Source: an uncultured beta proteobacterium (GTDB lineage: Bacteria; Pseudomonadota; Gammaproteobacteria; Burkholderiales; SG8-39). From it: a stretch of DNA of 64,000 nt. The notes beneath the pieces were generated by a model. The model saw only the letters and a program-made list of their open reading frames with translations. It had not been told where the DNA came from and did not search any database. A program made the position numbers and the translations under genes. The stretch's first letter is position 1. The number at the start of each line of letters is the position of its first letter. Below, one piece after another: positions 58,254 to 64,000 of the stretch. The stretch lies in the NCBI GenBank assembly GCA_963789885.1, contig CAWBNB010000010.1, forward strand, positions 334,312 to 398,311, read 5' to 3'.

Positions 58254-58817
58254 GTGCCGAACCTTCCGAACGTGATCACGGTCGTCCGGGTGCTGCTCGT
58301 CCCGGTATTCGCCTACCTGCTCTTTCGGGAAAACTTCGGGTGGGCGCTTGCCGTGTTCATGGCGGCGGCGTTCAGCGATTTCGCCGACGGGGTGATCGCG
58401 CGCCACTACCGGCTCGTCTCCGAGTTCGGCGCGCGGCTCGACCCGATCGCCGACAAGTTCACGATGCTCACCGCGACCGTGCTCCTTGCCTGGCAGGGGT
58501 GGCTCCCGCTCTGGCTGGCGGCGGCGATCGTGCTGCGCGACGTCGTCATCGCCGGCGGCGCGATCGCGTACCGGCTCGTGGTCGGGCACGTGGAGATGGA
58601 GCCGACCTGGCTCTCCAAGATCAACACCGCGCTGGAATTCACCGCGCTCGCGGGCCTACTCGCGCACGCCGCGGCGCTCATCGACGGGAGCGACTGGCTG
58701 CAGCCGCTGTTCGTTCTTGTTTGTCTGACCGTGACGCTGTCGGGCACCCAGTATGTGTGGATCTGGAGCAGGAAGGCCGCCGCGGCGCGGGGGGCTCAGC
58801 GCGGCGGCGGCGGGTAG
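58254..58817 (+). CDS. CDP-alcohol phosphatidyltransferase family
   Basis: PNVIT..R and SDFADG.IAR......FGARLDPIADK signature. Confidence 0.9.
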   Translation: MPNLPNVITVVRVLLVPVFAYLLFRENFGWALAVFMAAAFSDFADGVIARHYRLVSEFGARLDPIADKFTMLTATVLLAWQGWLPLWLAAAIVLRDVVIAGGAIAYRLVVGHVEMEPTWLSKINTALEFTALAGLLAHAAALIDGSDWLQPLFVLVCLTVTLSGTQYVWIWSRKAAAARGAQRGGGG

Positions 58818-59165
58818 GGCGCCGCGGCGGGGGGCGAAGGCGCGGGCAATCCTGGAGAACGCGAAATGACGACGCACGACTTCGGCACGACGCTGCCGCT
58901 CGGGATCTGTAGCACGTGCCTGGCGCGCATGGTGGACCCGAAGGTCGCGATGCCTGCCCGCACCTTGGCCCTCCCGGACGGCCGGACGATCTTCGCGGGC
59001 GCCTGGCGCGGTCGGGCGGGGTTATAAGCGCGGCATCTCGGTCGCGCCGAGCACGGTCTTCAGGTGGGTCCAGCGGTACGTGCCGGAGTTCGAGAAGCGT
59101 TGGGATCGATTCTCTTGCCCGGTCGGCTGGTCATGGCGTGTTGACGAGACCTACATCCTGGTAAC

Positions 59166-59274
59166 CTGGAGCGAGCGATCAAGATTCTGGGAGTGCATCC
59201 GCTGATGAAAGCGATAATCGCCTAAACGGGATCTCTCGTCCTCGCATCAACTGAAACAGACGAGTTTGCTCCAG
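59166..59274 (+). ncRNA. putative structured non-coding RNA (unassigned)
   Basis: Closing stem CTGGAGCGAGC/GTTTGCTCCAG, internal hairpins and upstream TTGACG/TGGTAACCT promoter-like motifs. Confidence 0.3.
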
Positions 59275-59675
59275 CGACGAACCCCCACGTCTAGTGTCAC
59301 TCATAGCCGATCGCTCACCGCGTTTCCACACAGCCTCGGCTCTAAGGGGTCACTCACGTTTCGCGAGACCCGACGTTCGCGCCGCTCGAAAGCGGCCGTT
59401 CGATTTGCTCGCGCCCACATCTCAAGAATTCGGCGGGGCGCGGCGTTGTATCGAAAGTGAGCGCACAAAGTGCGCCGCGCTTTCGCTCGCTCTCGTGACG
59501 CCCCAGCACTGGCCTACGCGAACGCGCTGGCTAGCCATCTTGCATGCGTCGCCCTCACGGCCCGAGGTAGCGCCACCAATCGACGCGCACCTTCATGGAC
59601 GGTCGCCAACCGGCGTCGGCGACGAGCGACGCCGCCTCTGTGGCAACTCCGGTCGAGATCGGGCGCGCCGGGGCC

Positions 59676-62177
59676 CTACCCCCCGTGCCAATGCACCAAC
59701 GGCAGTTCCAGCGGCCAGCGGACGTGCGGGTGATGCGGGACCACGCGCGGCGTAAAGTCACCGGCGGGCCGCGCCGTCGCGAGGCCACAGGTGTACACGT
59801 GCGCGTTGACCGCGCCAGGGATTGCGGCCACGCGCTGCATCGGCACGACGACGGGCTCGTCGGTGGCGGTCTGCTCCGCATAGATCTGCGGCTCGATCGC
59901 ATCGCCCGGCATGTCGCCGAGGTACACGTGCACGCGGAAGGTCCAGAAGTCGCCGTTGCGCCTCGCATCGAAGTCGGCGATGTGGATCTCGCGCCAGCGG
60001 TGCCGCACCAGACGGCCCCATTCGGTGAGCGTCACCGCGAGCGCTCCACCCGACGCGGCGCGCTCGCGGAACATCCGCGCCGCGGGCTGGTACACGTCCT
60101 GCACATACTCGAATAGCATGCGATTGCTCGAGAACTGCGGCGCGAGCCGCGCCATGCTGGCGCGGATGCGCGCGACCCAGCCCCGCGCCACGCCGGTCGC
60201 ATCGCGATCGTAGAACTCCGGGATCACCTCTTGCTCGAGTTGGCGGTAGAGCATTTCCGCGTCGGTCCCGTCGTCGGTGCTGGCGTTGCCGATCGCCCAG
60301 CCGACATCGGGCGCATAGGCCTCTGCCCACCAGCCGTCGAGCGACGACAAGTTCAGCCCGCCGTTGACCAGCACCTTCATGCCGCTGGTGCCGCACGCCT
60401 CCCAGAGGCGGCGCGGCGTATTGATCCACACGTCCACGCCCTGTACCAGCATCTGCGCCAGCGTAAGGTCGTAGTCCTCGAGAAACACCGCCTGTGCACG
60501 AACGTCGGCACGGCGCGCGAACTCGGCCCACTGGCGCACGAAATCCTTGCCCACCGAGTCGTGCGGGTGCGCCTTGCCGGCGACTATGATTTGCACCGGC
60601 CGCTCGCGATTGCGCAGCAGGCGCGCCAGCCGCTCGGGATCGCGCAGCAGCAGATGGGGCCGCTTGTATTCGGTGAAGCGGCGTGCGAAGCCGAGCGTGA
60701 GCGCGTTCAGGTCGAGAACATCGTTGGCACGCGCAATCGTCTGCGCGTCCTCGCCGCGCTGGCCGAGCTGCGCCGCGAGGCGGCGCCGCGCGTAGCGAAC
60801 CAGTTCTGCGCGCTCTGCGCCATGGCAGTGCCACAGCGCTTCGTCGTCGAGCGCCGCCAGCGCCTGCGCGTGCGCCTCGGTCGTACCCATCCAGCGCGCC
60901 TTGCCGCATGCGCGTGTCCACAGGGCATCGGCGGTCGCCGAGTCCCACGACGCCATGTGCACGCCGTTGGTGACGTGGCGGATCGGCACCTCGCGCTGCG
61001 GAATGCGTGGATACACTGGCTGGAAGATGCTCCGGCTTACCTCGCCGTGCAGGCGGCTGACGCCGTTGATATGGATGCACGTGCGGGCGGCCAGGTACGC
61101 CATGTTGAACGAATCGTCGTCGCGGCCGCCCGGCGAGCGGCCAAGCGCGAGCAGGTTGCGGGCATCGATGTTGAGCCCGACGGCGTAGTCGCGGCCGTAT
61201 TGACCGAGCAAATCGATCGGGAACGTGTCGAAGGCCGCCGCTACCGGCGTGTGGGTGGTGAACACGTTGCCTGCTCGCGTGGCCCACAGCGCCTGCCAGA
61301 AGTTGAGGCGATGCGCCTGCATGAAAGCGCGGGCGCGCTCGATCGTCACGAATGCGGCATGGCCCTCGTTCAGGTGGCACACGGCGGGCTGGACGCCGAG
61401 CGCAGCGAGTGTGCGCCAGCCGCCGATGCCCAGCACGATCTCCTGCGCGAGCCGCGTTTCCGCATCGCCGCCGTAGAGCTGTCCGGTGATACCGCGATCG
61501 GCGGCCGAATTCAGCGGATCGTTGCTGTCGAGCAGGTAAAGCGGCACGCGACCGACCTGCGCCAGCCACACCTGTAGCCGCAGCACGCGCCCCGGAAGTT
61601 CCACCGGTACGGTGAGCCGCGCGCCATCGGGCCCAAGCACGGGCGTGATCGGCAGGTAGTAGGGCACGTTGGCCGGATGCAGCTCGAGTTGGCGGCCGTG
61701 CGCATCGAGCATCTGGCGGAAGTAGCCTGATTGGTACAGCAGCCCGATCGCCACCAACGGGACGCCGAGATCGCTCGCGGTCTTCAGGTGATCGCCCGCG
61801 AGTACCCCGAGGCCACCCGAGTAGATGGGCAGGGGCTCGCCGATCGCGTATTCCATGCTGAAGTAGGCGACGGTGAAAGACGCGTCGGCTGCACTCTTCT
61901 CCCCCCACCAGGTGGGATCGCGCGCGTACGCCTCGCGCGATTGAACCGCGCGCTCGTATTCGGCGAGGAAGATCGGGTCCTGGGCGAGCGCCTCGAGCCG
62001 ACGCGACGAGATGTTAAGAAGGATCAACCAGGGATTGCGCGTGCGCTCCCAGAGATCCGCGTCGAGCTGCGCCCACAGTGCGTCGCTCCCATGGCTCCAG
62101 GTCCAGCGCAAGTCGAGCGCCAGATCGCCGAGTGAACCGATCTGTGTCGGCATCGCGCGCAGTAGCGGATGCTTCAT
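59676..62177 (-). CDS. glgP: alpha-glucan (glycogen/starch) phosphorylase
   Basis: YFSMEY, YSGGLG.LAGDH.K, HLNEGH, FTTHTPV, GFARRF..YKR and EACGTSGMK (PLP Lys). Confidence 0.93.
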   Translation of the reverse strand: MKHPLLRAMPTQIGSLGDLALDLRWTWSHGSDALWAQLDADLWERTRNPWLILLNISSRRLEALAQDPIFLAEYERAVQSREAYARDPTWWGEKSAADASFTVAYFSMEYAIGEPLPIYSGGLGVLAGDHLKTASDLGVPLVAIGLLYQSGYFRQMLDAHGRQLELHPANVPYYLPITPVLGPDGARLTVPVELPGRVLRLQVWLAQVGRVPLYLLDSNDPLNSAADRGITGQLYGGDAETRLAQEIVLGIGGWRTLAALGVQPAVCHLNEGHAAFVTIERARAFMQAHRLNFWQALWATRAGNVFTTHTPVAAAFDTFPIDLLGQYGRDYAVGLNIDARNLLALGRSPGGRDDDSFNMAYLAARTCIHINGVSRLHGEVSRSIFQPVYPRIPQREVPIRHVTNGVHMASWDSATADALWTRACGKARWMGTTEAHAQALAALDDEALWHCHGAERAELVRYARRRLAAQLGQRGEDAQTIARANDVLDLNALTLGFARRFTEYKRPHLLLRDPERLARLLRNRERPVQIIVAGKAHPHDSVGKDFVRQWAEFARRADVRAQAVFLEDYDLTLAQMLVQGVDVWINTPRRLWEACGTSGMKVLVNGGLNLSSLDGWWAEAYAPDVGWAIGNASTDDGTDAEMLYRQLEQEVIPEFYDRDATGVARGWVARIRASMARLAPQFSSNRMLFEYVQDVYQPAARMFRERAASGGALAVTLTEWGRLVRHRWREIHIADFDARRNGDFWTFRVHVYLGDMPGDAIEPQIYAEQTATDEPVVVPMQRVAAIPGAVNAHVYTCGLATARPAGDFTPRVVPHHPHVRWPLELPLVHWHGG

Positions 62178-62460
62178 TGCGACCTCCTCCCCTGGCGCTT
62201 CGGCGTATTCCTCCGTTGGATCGGACCGACGGCAGATGCTTGTGATAGGTCCAGCGTGTCTTATCGAGAGATATTCTCTCTCTACCCGCGGTATACGGAT
62301 CTGGTTAATCGACTTCTGGCTTTCGGGCAAGAAGGAAAGCGACATTGAGCGCCAGCAGCGACCGACCGGTCATGGCCGCCTCTCGACGGTCGCTGATCGA
62401 CCGCTGCGGACATTGGGCTGACCCGAAAGCAGCCAATTTACTTAACCTTGTTTGGACGGC

Positions 62461-64000
62461 CTCTCAAGAAACACCTCGCAAATGACTGATCCGCGATGAG
62501 GTGTTCAAGTTGGCTGCTCGATGGCGACGACCTTCATGCCGAGTTGCCGGGCGCGCCGGGCGAGATTGAGCAGCACGCGCTGGCGGTAGCGCTCCTCGTA
62601 GTAGTCCTGACCTTGGTCGGTGTATTCCTCGCCCTTGGTGAGCATGGCGTAGATCAGCCGGGCGAGCTTGTGTGCGGCGGCGGTCACCGCCTTGGGTTTG
62701 TCCATGCGCGAGCACATGCGCCGGAAGTACGCGCCCAGCGCCGACTGGCTGGTGCGCAGCGCCGCCGCGGCCAGCCGCAAGGCCTGCGCCGCGCGGTTGG
62801 CGCAGCGCTTGGTCTTGCCGCTCATCACCTTGCCGCCGGTGATCTTGGTGCCCGGGCACAACCCCAGCCACGAGGCGAAGTGCTTGTCGCTGGGGAAGCG
62901 CGACATGTCCGCGCCGACCTCCGAGACGACCACCAGCGCGGTGGTGACGTCGATGCCGTCGATGCGCGTCAGGTCGACCCCGCACATCTGGAACAGCCGT
63001 TCGCGCAGGTCGAACTTCGGCGCGTTGCGTGCGCGGCTTCGCTTCTTGCCTTTGGCGGGTTCGCCATCGTGCGCGTGCAGGCGTGCAACTGCGCCTCGAT
63101 CTCGAGGTCGCACTCGGCCAGCTGCGTGGCGCAGAAGTCGAAGGCGTCCAGCGCCTGCTTGAGCGCGAACAGGTGCTCGGCGCGCCAGTTGCCTTGCAGG
63201 CTGTTGGCGATCTCCTCGGTGCTGGCGTGGATGCGCACGTTCTTCATAGCCGCCAGCGCATGGCCATCGCGCTCACCGGCCACGATGGCGCGCAGGATCT
63301 TCTGGCCGGTCTCGCCAGCCACGTCGGAGATGACGTTGGCCAGTTGGATGTTCATCTGCGTGAGCGCCTTCTGCATGTGCTGCACATGGCGCGCCTGCGT
63401 GCGCAGCAGCATCGCGCGCTGGCGCGACAGCGAGCGCAGCGCGCACACCTCGTCGGCCGGGCGGAACGCCCCGCGCAGCAGCCCGTAGCTCATGAGCTGC
63501 TGCAGCCACTGGCAGTCCAGCACGTCGCTCTTGCGGCCCGAGACGTTCTTGACGTGCCGCGCGTTGACCAGCAGCACCTTGAAGCCGCGTGCATCGAGCA
63601 GTTCGAACAGCGGTATCCAGTACACCCCGGTGGACTCCATCGCCACGGTGTCCACGCCGCACTCGGCGAGCCAGTCGGCCAGGCGCTGCAGATCGGCGGT
63701 AAAGCTGGCGAACTCGCGCACCGGCTCGTCGTCGCGATCGGGCGGTACGGCCACGAAGTGCGAGGCGCTGCCGATGTCGATGCCGGCAGCATTGGGGTGG
63801 GTCAGGGCTCGGCCGGCTCGACTGAAGGCCCGATTGCGTTGCGCCATGGCATGCTCCATCATCGGTTGCGGAACGTGGCGCCGGATCGGGTACGTCGTCT
63901 TGATCACTCTCTCAAACGGGATATCGACGCGCAGGCGCATCGACCCGCACGCCGATTCACCAATGTCGATGACGCAGCCCACGACCACGCTAACCCGCGG
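62461..64000 (-). mobile_element. IS110 family insertion sequence (left end probably beyond the window)
   Basis: DEDD transposase, upstream non-coding region, and a short 3' end with an AACACCTC..GAGGTGTT hairpin ending TTCTTGAGAG. Confidence 0.85.
62505..63847 (-). pseudogene. IS110 transposase/recombinase with frameshift near 63085
   Basis: GIDIG, AMESTGVYW and RKSDVLDC (DEDD) in one frame; IDGI...SEVG.DMSRF, SWLGLCPG and AAAHKLAR in the next. Confidence 0.9.

Noticed and set aside
59197-59232. Hammerhead ribozyme (CTGATGA followed by a hairpin)
   Set aside because: The invariant GAAA after stem II is CTAAA here, and no stem III or cleavage triplet could be placed. It also does not fit the fluoride or c-di-GMP riboswitch order.
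63050-63113. Programmed frameshift in the IS110 gene
   Set aside because: No slippery heptamer, IS110 transposases are single ORFs, and similar indels occur elsewhere in the window.

Overview
This is a high-GC (~70%) bacterial window, most likely from a Betaproteobacterium (Burkholderiales-like, with three Bug/TctC binding proteins). At least five otherwise intact genes carry single indels, which suggests a long-read or metagenome assembly. Most of the window is catabolic and transport clusters: an oxidative uronate locus (TRAP, FadR, Udh-like, Gli-like); a TauD/Bug/AtuA/lactonase/ICL-family operon; a Rieske/sulfatase/GMC/sugar-ABC/GntR locus; EmrAB-MarR; a CoA-transferase/CitE/Bug operon; and a Liv ABC operon ending in an LVIVD propeller, followed by a P450. 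The rest includes a sigma54-type promoter driving a sensor histidine kinase plus a Ser/Thr kinase-REC-REC fusion, two tandem small secreted proteins, a low-GC island of small ORFs, glgP, and an IS110 element with its upstream non-coding region. The best candidate for an undescribed system is at 53.3-57.9 kb. It encodes a signal-peptide-bearing TPR-CHAT (caspase-like) protease, a multi-TM membrane protein, an exported PD40-like protein and a small secreted protein with a plant XLG/EDR4-like motif. No rRNA, tRNA or CRISPR array was seen. All family calls come from recognising motifs by eye, not from database searches.
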